Position numbers and translations under genes: made by a program. A DNA stretch of 64,000 nt from a virus (taxonomy: Duplodnaviria > Caudoviricetes): positions 71-64,070 of IMG/VR virus record IMGVR_UViG_3300027718_000006; one strand, given 5' to 3'. Every line of letters starts with the position of its first letter. Within the stretch, counting starts at the first letter, position 1. Below, in pieces: positions 1 to 7,971 of the stretch. The notes under the pieces were generated by a model that saw only the letters and a program-made list of their open reading frames with translations, was not told the origin of the DNA and ran no database searches.

Positions 1-55
1 CTAACACATCCGACTTTCTATCGGACACTCGAGGGTTCAAATCCCTTCAGAGCTA
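1..55 (+). tRNA. tRNA-Arg(UCU), 5'-truncated by the window edge
   Basis: Anticodon arm tccga-ctTCTa-tcgga (7-nt loop ct-TCT-a preceded by t) and T arm gaggg-ttcaaat-ccctt. Confidence 0.85.
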
Positions 56-129
56 TCGCAAGATGACTTGGTGCTGCGCTAAGGGAGTGCAGGTAAATGA
101 GTGAAACGATATAACTAACAGCCAACAAA

Positions 130-204
130 CTCCCATTGGTCTAGGGGTTATGACTTCTGATTTCCAATCAGACAGCCTCGGTTCAAATCCGAGATGGGGG
201 TCCA
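130..204 (+). tRNA. tRNA-Gly(UCC)
   Basis: Acceptor ctcccat/atggggg, anticodon arm tctga-ttTCCaa-tcaga, T arm ctcgg-ttcaaat-ccgag, encoded CCA. Confidence 0.9.
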
Positions 205-209
205 ATTAT

Positions 210-294
210 GGGTGCCTAGGATTTAAGGGATAGGCTAGTCCCGGAGGTCTCCAAAACCTCTTCCACTCCGTTGAACTCGGAAGGTTGCCTGCCA
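210..294 (+). tRNA. tRNA-Trp(CCA), structurally atypical
   Basis: Anticodon arm gaggt-ctCCAaa-acctc and terminal GCCA. The D loop is enlarged, the T loop is ttgaact, and the acceptor stem is imperfect. Confidence 0.65.
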
Positions 295-299
295 ATCAT

Positions 300-370
300 G
301 GCTCATTAGTGTAGCGGTAACACGACTGACTGTCTATCAGTTATCCTCGGTTCAAATCCGGGATGAGTCG
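300..370 (+). tRNA. tRNA-Asp(GUC)
   Basis: Acceptor ggctcat/atgagtc, anticodon arm actga-ctGTCta-tcagt, T loop ttcaaat. No encoded CCA. Confidence 0.9.
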
Positions 371-399
371 TTTATTACAAACTTTGGAGGGAATGCTAT

Positions 400-1041
400 T
401 TGGCTTTAGAAAATGAAGATATATTGAAGTTGTTTACTCGAGATGAAGTAGGTAACCTATACTTTGACGGTCGCTTACTCATTCAATGGGATACAGAACG
501 ACCAGAACCTGTTACTGACTTAGTAGTAAGTAATGTTACTTCTTCAGGGTTATCAGTTAGCTTTACTCCATCGGTATCTACAGATGTAGCTTATTATGAA
601 GTTGTTGTTTCTGAACCAGCCTACTCGAATGCTATTATCTTTAATGAGCTAGATACTTCATACGACTTTTCGGATTTAAAGCCCGACATGACGTATGAAA
701 TACGAGTTGCTACAATTGATACCAGCGGCAATCGATCTGATCAAGCTTATGCGGAAGTTAAGACTAAGTATTCTGATGTCCCAATGGAGCCTGACATTTC
801 AGAAGCTCGTTTAGAGGTAGTAAAAGGGGAAGCTGAAGGACTAACAATCACTTTTGTTAACTTTAAAAACACAGATGAAATAATTCTGTGGGTTGATACT
901 ACAGGATATAACGGTCCGTTTAAGAATGGAGATACCTACTACTATCCTAAAGACCCAGATGGAAGTACTCACTCGTTCTTAGCGGAGGCTAAGAATAAAT
1001 ATGGGTTTAAGCTTCTCCCAGCAATAAACATCGAGTACTAA
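400..1041 (+). CDS. Fibronectin type III (Ig-like) domain protein
   Basis: SD ggaggg and TTG start. PEPVTDLVVSNVTSSGLSVSFTP...YEVVV...DLKPDMTYEIRVATID.SGNRS is an FN3 signature. Confidence 0.8.
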   Translation: MALENEDILKLFTRDEVGNLYFDGRLLIQWDTERPEPVTDLVVSNVTSSGLSVSFTPSVSTDVAYYEVVVSEPAYSNAIIFNELDTSYDFSDLKPDMTYEIRVATIDTSGNRSDQAYAEVKTKYSDVPMEPDISEARLEVVKGEAEGLTITFVNFKNTDEIILWVDTTGYNGPFKNGDTYYYPKDPDGSTHSFLAEAKNKYGFKLLPAINIEY

Positions 1042-1128
1042 ACCAAATAGCAAAGTCTTACTAGTGTTCTAGACTTTAAAAAGACGAAGACTCCTTGGGA
1101 GAGTGGGCGGTTAAACTTTCCTTATAAC

Positions 1129-1152
1129 GCCGAGATGATGGAATTGGTAGAC
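1129..1152 (+). repeat. Duplicated 5' fragment of tRNA-Leu (direct repeat of 1719-1742)
   Basis: gccgagatgatggaattggtagac vs gccgagatggtggaattggtatac, 22/24 identical. No matching anticodon arm or 3' acceptor strand follows. Confidence 0.85.
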
Positions 1153-1233
1153 TTGCCTCGGAATGAGATAGAAGACGAATGAGTAGGGTATGCTCCTACC
1201 GTCTATCTCCTTTATTATAAAGGAGAGATATCT

Positions 1234-1707
1234 ATGTATAAGAATAATAAAGTGTACAACATTGATAAAGATAAGTTTATAGAGATTGTTAAAACATCTA
1301 ACAATGTAACCGATGCTCTTAGGAAGATTGGATACACAAATCCTAGGGCAGGTAGAAGTCGATCAGCACTTATGAAAAGAATTGAAGAGCTTTCTATTGA
1401 TACTAGCCACTTCAGTATGTCAAAGAAACGTTTTCCAATTACAGCTCGTTCAATTGAAGAGACGTTTGTTGCTAACGCTCCTAGGAACAATCAACATCTA
1501 AAGTTGTTAATAATGAGACATAACCTTAAAAAGTACGAATGTGTAGAGTGCGGTAATACTGGTGAATGGAATGGTAAGCCACTAGCCCTACACCTAGATC
1601 ACATAGACGGTGATAACACTAATAACGAGCTTGAAAACTTGAGATTTCTTTGCCCTAACTGCCACTCTCAAACAGAGACGTATGCAGGGAAGAAAAGAAA
1701 TACCTAA
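1234..1707 (+). CDS. Free-standing HNH (homing) endonuclease
   Basis: CxxC...LHLDHIDGDNTNNELENLRFLCPNCHSQT, an HNH motif with zinc ligands. SD aaggag. Confidence 0.9.
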   Translation: MYKNNKVYNIDKDKFIEIVKTSNNVTDALRKIGYTNPRAGRSRSALMKRIEELSIDTSHFSMSKKRFPITARSIEETFVANAPRNNQHLKLLIMRHNLKKYECVECGNTGEWNGKPLALHLDHIDGDNTNNELENLRFLCPNCHSQTETYAGKKRNT

Positions 1708-1718
1708 CGCAAATTTAC

Positions 1719-1805
1719 GCCGAGATGGTGGAATTGGTATACACGCCAGTCTTAGGAACTGGTGCCCTTAGTGGTGTGGGAGTTCGAGTCTCCCTCTCGG
1801 CACCA
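1719..1805 (+). tRNA. tRNA-Leu(UAG)
   Basis: Acceptor gccgaga/tctcggc, anticodon arm ccagt-ctTAGga-actgg, long variable arm, T loop ttcgagt, ACCA end. Confidence 0.95.
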
Positions 1806-1811
1806 CATTAT

Positions 1812-1896
1812 GCGCAATAGTTTTAAGGAAGAACGCTTTGGAGATAGTGTACATATTCTCTTAGGAGGGCTGGGTCAGTACCAGCAATGCGCCCCA
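1812..1896 (+). tRNA. Degenerate tRNA-like element, possibly Tyr(GUA)
   Basis: Acceptor gcgcaat/aatgcgc (1 mismatch) plus C-CCA; D arm gttt/gaac; T-like arm gctgg-gtcagta-ccagc; loop gtGTAca in an irregular, long anticodon arm. Confidence 0.45.
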
Positions 1897-1902
1897 TATC
1901 AC

Positions 1903-1976
1903 GCTCCTGTAGCACAATTGGCTAGTGCATCTGACTTGTAATCAGAAGGTTGTAGGTTCGAGTCCTACCGGGAGCA
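1903..1976 (+). tRNA. tRNA-Thr(UGU)
   Basis: Acceptor gctcctg/cgggagc, anticodon arm tctga-ctTGTaa-tcaga, T arm gtagg-ttcgagt-cctac. Confidence 0.95.
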
Positions 1977-2000
1977 TTTCCTTTCTGTTTTATATTTTTG

Positions 2001-2031
2001 CCTGTGAGGTGACGCTCACAGGTTTTTTTTT
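2001..2031 (+). terminator. Intrinsic terminator closing the tRNA cluster
   Basis: cctgtgag-gtgacg-ctcacagg followed by a T9 run. Confidence 0.85.
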
Positions 2032-2089
2032 ATGTGAACCTCTATATTATAAGGTATACGTACGGTGCAGCTTAGTGTCACCTTTTGTA

Positions 2090-2127
2090 TGGTATAATAG
2101 AAATAGAGACTTATTAGTTCTATATTA
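2090..2127 (+). promoter_or_regulatory. Extended -10 (TGGTATAAT) plus a downstream late-type TATATTA element
   Basis: TGGTATAAT at 2090-2098 and ttcTATATTA at 2118-2127, upstream of the portal operon. Confidence 0.55.
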
Positions 2128-2149
2128 TACATAGAAAGAGGAGGCGGCT

Positions 2150-2476
2150 ATGGCATCTTTCAGTCAAGATAAAAAGTGGATGGAAGCTAAGAGAGTCGTA
2201 GGACATCTAAATTGGCTTGAAGTGATCGCCTATTACCGAGAGATTCAAGGTAATAACGTGTTCGTTTACTCAGTAGTAGATGGAGAGAAACGACTCATAG
2301 TTGACATTCTTAGTGATGATAGTGTGCTGCTGATAAGTAAAGACGGTGCGCTAATAGATACATATGCAAATGTACTAAACAGTAGAAAGATTTTTAAATA
2401 TTCCGAAGATTCTGAGACAAAGACATATATGTTGGGCTCAGATAAATTCACAATAACAACCGAAAGTCACAAATAG
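2150..2476 (+). CDS. Hypothetical protein preceding the portal gene
   Basis: Strong SD gaggagg, ATG start, position in the head operon. Confidence 0.75.
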   Translation: MASFSQDKKWMEAKRVVGHLNWLEVIAYYREIQGNNVFVYSVVDGEKRLIVDILSDDSVLLISKDGALIDTYANVLNSRKIFKYSEDSETKTYMLGSDKFTITTESHK

Positions 2477-2494
2477 AATGGAAGTGATAAGCAA

Positions 2495-4150
2495 ATGGGA
2501 GTTTTAGATTGGTTACCTTGGAATAAATCTGAACAGCCGGAAACGCTCCGATCTGTAAATGGTGATTTATCTATTCAAATTAGACAGCTAGAAGAAGAAG
2601 CTATCCAGAAGAGTAAGAACAATCCGGGTAGAGCTAAAGCGTACGAAGAGCCCCTGATTGGTAACTTCTCAATGAACCCTGATTTTAAGGAAGCGCCTTC
2701 TACTTCAGGAACACACAATTTACTACAGACACTTAAAATCTGGTCTAGAAAGAATATCATCCTAAATGCGATTATCAATACACGGGTAAACCAAGTGTCT
2801 ACCTTCTGTACGCCAGCTCGATACAACGATAAAGGTATCGGTTACGAGGTTCGACTGAAAGACCCGTTAAAGCAGATGAGTTCTCATGATGAGAAGAACA
2901 TTGAACGTATTGAATCTTTCTTAGAGCATACAGGTAAAGATACAGATGACTTTACAAAGGACAATTTCACTACGTTTGTAAAGAAGCTCGTTCGGGACCG
3001 ATTGACATACGACAAAATAAATTTTGAGCTTATCTATGACTCTAATGGACAGCTGAATAGATTTAAAGCTGTAGATGCCTCTACGATCTATGTAGCAGTA
3101 GATAGCAAAGGTAAAGAGCCTAAAGGGAAGAATGCTGACCGCTATGTACAGATTATTGATCAGCAAAAGGTTGCAGCCTTTAAAGCAAAAGAAATGGCTT
3201 GGGAAGTACACAACCCACGTACAGACATTACAGTAGGACGATACGGCTATCCTGAGTTAGAGATTGCCCTTAACCATTTACAGTACCATGAGAACACGGA
3301 AGTATTTAATGCACGTTTCTTTGCTCAAGGTGGTACGACTCGAGGCTTGTTACATATTAAAACAGGACAAGAACAGTCGAACCAAGCTTTGTCTGCATTC
3401 AGACGTGAATGGACTTCTATGTTCAGTGGATTAAACGGTGCTTGGAAAATCCCTGTTATTACAGCGGAAGATGTTAAGTTCGTTAATATGACACAATCAT
3501 CTAAAGATATGGAATTTGAGAAATGGTTGAACTACTTAATCAATGTAATCTGTTCAATTTTCTCTATTGACCCATCTGAGATTAACTTTCCTAACCGTGG
3601 AGGAGCTACTGGTAGCTCTGGTAACACATTGAACGAAGGTAACTCTTCAGAGAAGTATCGTAACTCAAAGGATAAGGGGTTAGAGCCTCTATTAAAATTC
3701 ATTGAGGATGCTATTAACAAATACATTATCTCTCAATTTGGAGACAAATATGTATTCAACTTTGTCGGTGGAGACGCTAAGACAGAGATGGAAATTATCT
3801 CTATTCTTAAAGCTAAGGCTGAGATTGGTATGACAATTAACGATGTTCGTGCAGAACTTGGTTTACCTCCTGTTGAAGGTGGAGACGTTATTCTTGCTGG
3901 AGTACACGTACAGCGTCTAGGTCAGATTCTACAAGAGCAACAAATGGAGCAGCAGCGCCAAATGGATATGCACCAATTTGTAGCGCAGCAGACAGGCTAC
4001 AACGGTGATTTAGACAACGTTAATGGTAAAGGTACCCACAACAAACAAGTAGGCAAGGACGGGCAGCTGAAGGCTGAGAACAATACTAACTCTACTCCGC
4101 AAGGCGGTAAGAAAGACGATGGCTCACCTGTAAATGACTGGGAAGTATAA
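2495..4150 (+). CDS. Portal protein
   Basis: 551 aa. RDRLTYDKINFE, GYPELEIAL..., NARFFAQGGTTRGLL, KDMEFEKWLNYLINVICSIFSIDPSEINF are typical of Twort/SPO1-like portals. Confidence 0.92.
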   Translation: MGVLDWLPWNKSEQPETLRSVNGDLSIQIRQLEEEAIQKSKNNPGRAKAYEEPLIGNFSMNPDFKEAPSTSGTHNLLQTLKIWSRKNIILNAIINTRVNQVSTFCTPARYNDKGIGYEVRLKDPLKQMSSHDEKNIERIESFLEHTGKDTDDFTKDNFTTFVKKLVRDRLTYDKINFELIYDSNGQLNRFKAVDASTIYVAVDSKGKEPKGKNADRYVQIIDQQKVAAFKAKEMAWEVHNPRTDITVGRYGYPELEIALNHLQYHENTEVFNARFFAQGGTTRGLLHIKTGQEQSNQALSAFRREWTSMFSGLNGAWKIPVITAEDVKFVNMTQSSKDMEFEKWLNYLINVICSIFSIDPSEINFPNRGGATGSSGNTLNEGNSSEKYRNSKDKGLEPLLKFIEDAINKYIISQFGDKYVFNFVGGDAKTEMEIISILKAKAEIGMTINDVRAELGLPPVEGGDVILAGVHVQRLGQILQEQQMEQQRQMDMHQFVAQQTGYNGDLDNVNGKGTHNKQVGKDGQLKAENNTNSTPQGGKKDDGSPVNDWEV

Positions 4151-4187
4151 CTTCCCTTCTGTCATTTTACTAACTAGGTAGTGCTTC

Positions 4188-4197
4188 TGCTATATTA
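4188..4197 (+). promoter_or_regulatory. Putative phage late promoter TGCTATATTA
   Basis: The same motif recurs at 6076, 14414, 17286, 39846 and 48092, always intergenic and upstream of a gene. Confidence 0.6.
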
Positions 4198-4266
4198 TTA
4201 GCAGTAATGCGACTGTAACTCAAGTCACAGATATAAGTATGATATAATAGAAGGGAGGGAACAGCC

Positions 4267-5082
4267 CTGAAAACGCAAGATGGAAGAATCGATTTGTTTG
4301 TTCCAATTGACTTAGAGGACTCTATCCGTAAGAGCAATGAGAACGATACAGAGAAATCTTGGTACTTACGTGGGTACGCTACAACTCCTGATCTAGATTT
4401 ACAGGATGATATCGTAGACCCAAATGGAATTGATATCAGTCATTTCCTTGAGCATGGTTATATTAACTATGAACATCACCAAGGCAATGAATATATCATC
4501 GGGGCACCTACGAAGGAGTCTCATGTAGACCCTAGTGTTGGCTTGTATGTAGAGGCTAAACTTTACAAAAGCAACCCATATGCTAAAAGCATTTGGGACC
4601 TAGCTAACAATATTGCTAAGTCTGGTATCACAAGGAAACTAGGATTTTCGATCGAGGGATTTGCTAAGCAACGTGATAAAAATGACCCTCGTATCATCAA
4701 GAGTACATACATTACAAATGTAGCGGTGACTACTAACCCGGCTAACCCTAATGCAACTTGGGACGCTTTTATGAAAAGTTATCTAGCTGGATACGGTATT
4801 TCACCAGAGACTCAAACGGACGGTGGAGCTTTAAGAGCAGAAACATTTGCTCGTAGTTTACACAATCTATCCTACGCTTATAAAGCGCTTAAAAACCCTA
4901 CAGACTTTGATCGAGTATGGAAAGAAGTAGGTTCATATCTAGACTCTATGGAGCGTTCTACTCCTGAGAGTATGGTAATGTTCCTTCAATTATCTAAAGG
5001 ATATTCTAGAGCAGAAGCTGTCGCTAAGATTGACAAGCTTATGCAGGAAATGACTAATAGAAAGGAGCAAGAAAATGGCTGA
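4267..5082 (+). CDS. Prohead (capsid maturation) protease; probable CTG start at 4267 (ORF track starts at TTG 4294)
   Basis: GYATTPDLDLQDDIVDP.GIDI..F..HGYINYEH, LGFSIEG, NVAVTTNPANPNATW. SD gggaggga lies just upstream of the in-frame CTG. Confidence 0.88.
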   Translation: MKTQDGRIDLFVPIDLEDSIRKSNENDTEKSWYLRGYATTPDLDLQDDIVDPNGIDISHFLEHGYINYEHHQGNEYIIGAPTKESHVDPSVGLYVEAKLYKSNPYAKSIWDLANNIAKSGITRKLGFSIEGFAKQRDKNDPRIIKSTYITNVAVTTNPANPNATWDAFMKSYLAGYGISPETQTDGGALRAETFARSLHNLSYAYKALKNPTDFDRVWKEVGSYLDSMERSTPESMVMFLQLSKGYSRAEAVAKIDKLMQEMTNRKEQENG

Positions 5083-6058
5083 AAAAATCACGTTCCAAAA
5101 ATTAACTGAAGATTTAGACAAGCTTAACAGTGAAGAGCTAGAAAAGTCGGAAGATCAAAAACAAGAGGATGCTACAAATCAAGTTACTCCTCAAGTACAG
5201 CCTGACGCTGAGTTCGTTCAACCTGAAGCTGCTGAAACTATTAAAGAGGAAGCAGAGAAAAAGGATGAAGAAGAAAAAGTAGAAGAGCCTGAAGCAGAGG
5301 TAAAAGCTGAAGAAGGTAAAGGTGAGGAAGTTGAGCCGGAAGTTAAACCTGAAGCTGAAGAAGACGAAGAAGTTGAAAAGTCTTCAAAGAAAAAGGAAGA
5401 TGCTGAAAAAGCAGCTGGTGAAGAACAAAAGCCTAAAACAGGTAAAGACGCTAAGGAAGCTAAAGATAAGAAGAAAAAAGACGAGAAAGTAGAAAAGTCT
5501 GAATCTTCTGACGAAGGCATTTCCGATCAAGACTTTATTGGTGCTTTTGAGGCTGTTGTTAAATCCTACAGCACTATTAAAAATGATCAAGTTGCAATCA
5601 GCAACAAAGTAGATGCTATCGAAAAATCTCTATCTGAAATTCTATCTCTATTAAAAACTGAAGAAGTTACTAAATCTGAAGGTGAAGAGAAGAAAGAAGA
5701 TAAAGAAAAAGATGAGAAACCTGCTGACGAAGCTGTAAAGGCAGAAGACATCGAGAAAAGTGTCAAAGTCGAAGAAGAGTTAGAAGGTAAAGCTGTTGAG
5801 TCTATCAGCAAATCAACTGACGGTGTAGCTGTTCCTGAAGCTTCTACTGAAGAAGTACAGGTTGAGGAAGAAGAGCCTGTATTTAATGCAGCTGAGCACG
5901 TTAAGACAGTTACAGACTTCTACACTCATTCAGCTGGTAAGCTTAGCTTAGGTGAACGTACAGACGTAAGACATGCTGTACAGCGTGTAAAACGTAACCA
6001 AGCTACAGAGGCAGATGTAGCATTATTCGAAAAAATTGTTAATTTAAGCAAAAATTAA
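5075..6058 (+). CDS. Acidic Glu/Lys-rich putative scaffolding protein
   Basis: Lies between protease and capsid genes. Low-complexity E/K composition with repeated xxKS motifs. Confidence 0.7.
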   Translation: MAEKITFQKLTEDLDKLNSEELEKSEDQKQEDATNQVTPQVQPDAEFVQPEAAETIKEEAEKKDEEEKVEEPEAEVKAEEGKGEEVEPEVKPEAEEDEEVEKSSKKKEDAEKAAGEEQKPKTGKDAKEAKDKKKKDEKVEKSESSDEGISDQDFIGAFEAVVKSYSTIKNDQVAISNKVDAIEKSLSEILSLLKTEEVTKSEGEEKKEDKEKDEKPADEAVKAEDIEKSVKVEEELEGKAVESISKSTDGVAVPEASTEEVQVEEEEPVFNAAEHVKTVTDFYTHSAGKLSLGERTDVRHAVQRVKRNQATEADVALFEKIVNLSKN

Positions 6059-6075
6059 GAAAAACCAGTACCAAG

Positions 6076-6085
6076 TGCTATATTA
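6076..6085 (+). promoter_or_regulatory. Putative late promoter of the major capsid gene
   Basis: TGCTATATTA about 125 nt upstream of the capsid ATG. Confidence 0.6.
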
Positions 6086-6113
6086 ATGTCATGAACACCT
6101 GATATAGGTTTTC

Positions 6114-6146
6114 GATAGAGAGGTTCCTCCTCCTAACCTCTCTATC
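6114..6146 (+). promoter_or_regulatory. Capsid leader hairpin with a CCUCCUCCU loop
   Basis: Perfect 12-bp stem gatagagaggtt/aacctctctatc. Confidence 0.7.
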
Positions 6147-6210
6147 TCTTTTAATGTAGGCAATAAGGAAATTAAACTATAAAACTCAATTTAGAAGGGA
6201 CGATACATAA

Positions 6211-7626
6211 ATGGCAGAAAATACAAACCGCCAACTTCCACAAGTAGCGGAAGAAAAGATTAATGAAGTATTATCGAAAACTTTTACTACTGGAGTAGGT
6301 ATTACACCAGATACACAGCCGGACGCTTCTGCTCTACGCCGAGAGTTCTTAGATGACGAAGTTAAAATGTTAGCGTTTGATAATAGCGACTTCACTATCT
6401 ATCCAGTAATCAACAAGCAACAAGTTAACAACACTGTAGTAAAATATGCACAGTTCAACCAACATGGTCGTACTGGTCACAGTCGTTTCGTACGTGAGGT
6501 AGGGGTAGCTTCTATCAATGACCCTAACATCCGTCAAAAGACTGTACAAATGAAATTCTTAAGTGATACTAAACAACAATCACTTGCTGCTGGTTTAGTT
6601 AACAACATTGCAGACCCTATGACTATCCTTACAGAAGATGCTATCAGCGTAATCGCTAAGAGTATCGAATGGGCGATTTTCTACGGAGATGCTGCTTTAA
6701 CTGCTGAAACAGACGAGCAAGCTGGAATCGAGTTCGATGGCTTACATAAGTTAATCGACCAAAAAACTAACGTAATGGATTTACGTGGACGTACGCTTAC
6801 AGAGGCTGATTTAAACAAAGCTGCTGTAGTAATCGGTAAAGGTTACGGACGAGCTACAGATGCATTTATGCCTATCGGTGTACAAGCAGATTTCACTAAT
6901 AGCTTCCTAGATCGTCAACGTATTCTTCAACCTTCTGCTCAAGGCGGAATGGCTACAGGTATCGCTATCAACGAGTTCCTATCTAGCCGTGGTACAATCA
7001 AATTACATGGTTCTACAATCATGGAAAATGATAACGTACTAGTTGAAAACCGTTTACCACAACAAAATGCTCCACTACCTCCACAGTCTGTAGCGGCTGT
7101 TGTGAAGAGTGCTGCTGGTGGTAAATTCCGTCCAGAAGATATCGCTACTCAGTCATATAAAGTAGTAGTATACTCTGACGAAGCAGAATCTGTAGCGTCT
7201 GACGCTGTAACAGCTGCTGTAACTAAAGCTGACGATGCAGTAGAGTTAACTGTAACTTTACAACCAATGTATCAAGCTCAACCACAGTTTATCGTAGTTT
7301 ACCGTCAAGGTGCTGAAACTGGTCACTACTTCCAGATCGCTCGTATCCCGGTTTCTAAAGCTAACGATAGCAACCAAATCGTATTCACGGATAAGAACGA
7401 AACTATCCCTGAAACTACAGATGTATTCGTAGGAGAGTTAACTCCACAAGTTCTTAGCTTGCTTGAGTTACTTCCAATGATGAAGCTTCCATTAGCTCAA
7501 ATGAACGCAACTATCACGTTCTCTGTGTTATGGTATGGTGCTCTAGCATTATACGCTCCTAAGAAATGGGTTCGTATTAAGAACGTTAAATACATCCCAG
7601 CATTAGCAGCAGACGTAACACTATAA
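6211..7626 (+). CDS. Major capsid protein
   Basis: 471 aa. K-TFTTG.GITP.TQ.DA.ALRREFLDD, HGRTGHSRFVREVGVASINDPNIRQK, AKSIEWAIFYGD: the Herelleviridae capsid pattern. Confidence 0.95.
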   Translation: MAENTNRQLPQVAEEKINEVLSKTFTTGVGITPDTQPDASALRREFLDDEVKMLAFDNSDFTIYPVINKQQVNNTVVKYAQFNQHGRTGHSRFVREVGVASINDPNIRQKTVQMKFLSDTKQQSLAAGLVNNIADPMTILTEDAISVIAKSIEWAIFYGDAALTAETDEQAGIEFDGLHKLIDQKTNVMDLRGRTLTEADLNKAAVVIGKGYGRATDAFMPIGVQADFTNSFLDRQRILQPSAQGGMATGIAINEFLSSRGTIKLHGSTIMENDNVLVENRLPQQNAPLPPQSVAAVVKSAAGGKFRPEDIATQSYKVVVYSDEAESVASDAVTAAVTKADDAVELTVTLQPMYQAQPQFIVVYRQGAETGHYFQIARIPVSKANDSNQIVFTDKNETIPETTDVFVGELTPQVLSLLELLPMMKLPLAQMNATITFSVLWYGALALYAPKKWVRIKNVKYIPALAADVTL

Positions 7627-7665
7627 GCTGACAATATCATATAGATAATTGAATAAAACAAATAA

Positions 7666-7701
7666 ATAAGGGGCAGACAAAAATCTGCTCCTTATTTTTT
7701 T
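7666..7701 (+). terminator. Intrinsic terminator after the capsid gene
   Basis: ataaggggcaga-caaaaa-tctgctccttat followed by a T run. Confidence 0.8.
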
Positions 7702-7734
7702 ACAAAATTGACAATATGAAAAGGAGAGACTGTA

Positions 7735-7971
7735 ATGTTAATCAATCAATCTTTAGCAAATAAAAAACTAGCGACTGTATATGGTGAAATTACATTTAAT
7801 GAAAAAGGTGAATCTAAAGACCTTAAAGCAGACCAAGAGAAGGTTATTGGCGCTTTACCGGGCTTTACTATTAAAACAGAATCTAAAGCTCCAGCAAAGA
7901 AAGAAGAGCCTAAAGAAGAAGCAAAGGCAGAAACGAAAGCGGCTCCTAAACGAACTGCAAAGAAAAACTAA
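7735..7971 (+). CDS. Small hypothetical protein with a Lys/Glu-rich tail
   Basis: SD aggag, ATG start; occupies the post-capsid slot of this phage group. Confidence 0.7.
   Translation: MLINQSLANKKLATVYGEITFNEKGESKDLKADQEKVIGALPGFTIKTESKAPAKKEEPKEEAKAETKAAPKRTAKKN

Noticed and set aside
56-125. Possible extra tRNA or ncRNA between tRNA-Arg and tRNA-Gly (hairpin ctgcgct-aaggg-agtgcag, ending gcca)
   Set aside because: Only one hairpin; no cloverleaf could be built.
1052-1125. Possible degenerate tRNA upstream of the tRNA-Leu fragment
   Set aside because: Isolated small stems; no consistent acceptor, anticodon or T arm.
1129-1805. Group I intron splitting a tRNA-Leu and carrying the HNH
   Set aside because: The downstream tRNA-Leu is complete on its own, no separate 3' exon exists, and no group I core elements were recognised.
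1925-2134. 69-aa ORF from the track
   Set aside because: Overlaps tRNA-Thr, a terminator and promoter elements.
5218-5811. Minus-strand Ser/Phe-rich ORFs
   Set aside because: Shadows of the Glu/Lys-rich scaffold gene; no SD and against the operon direction.
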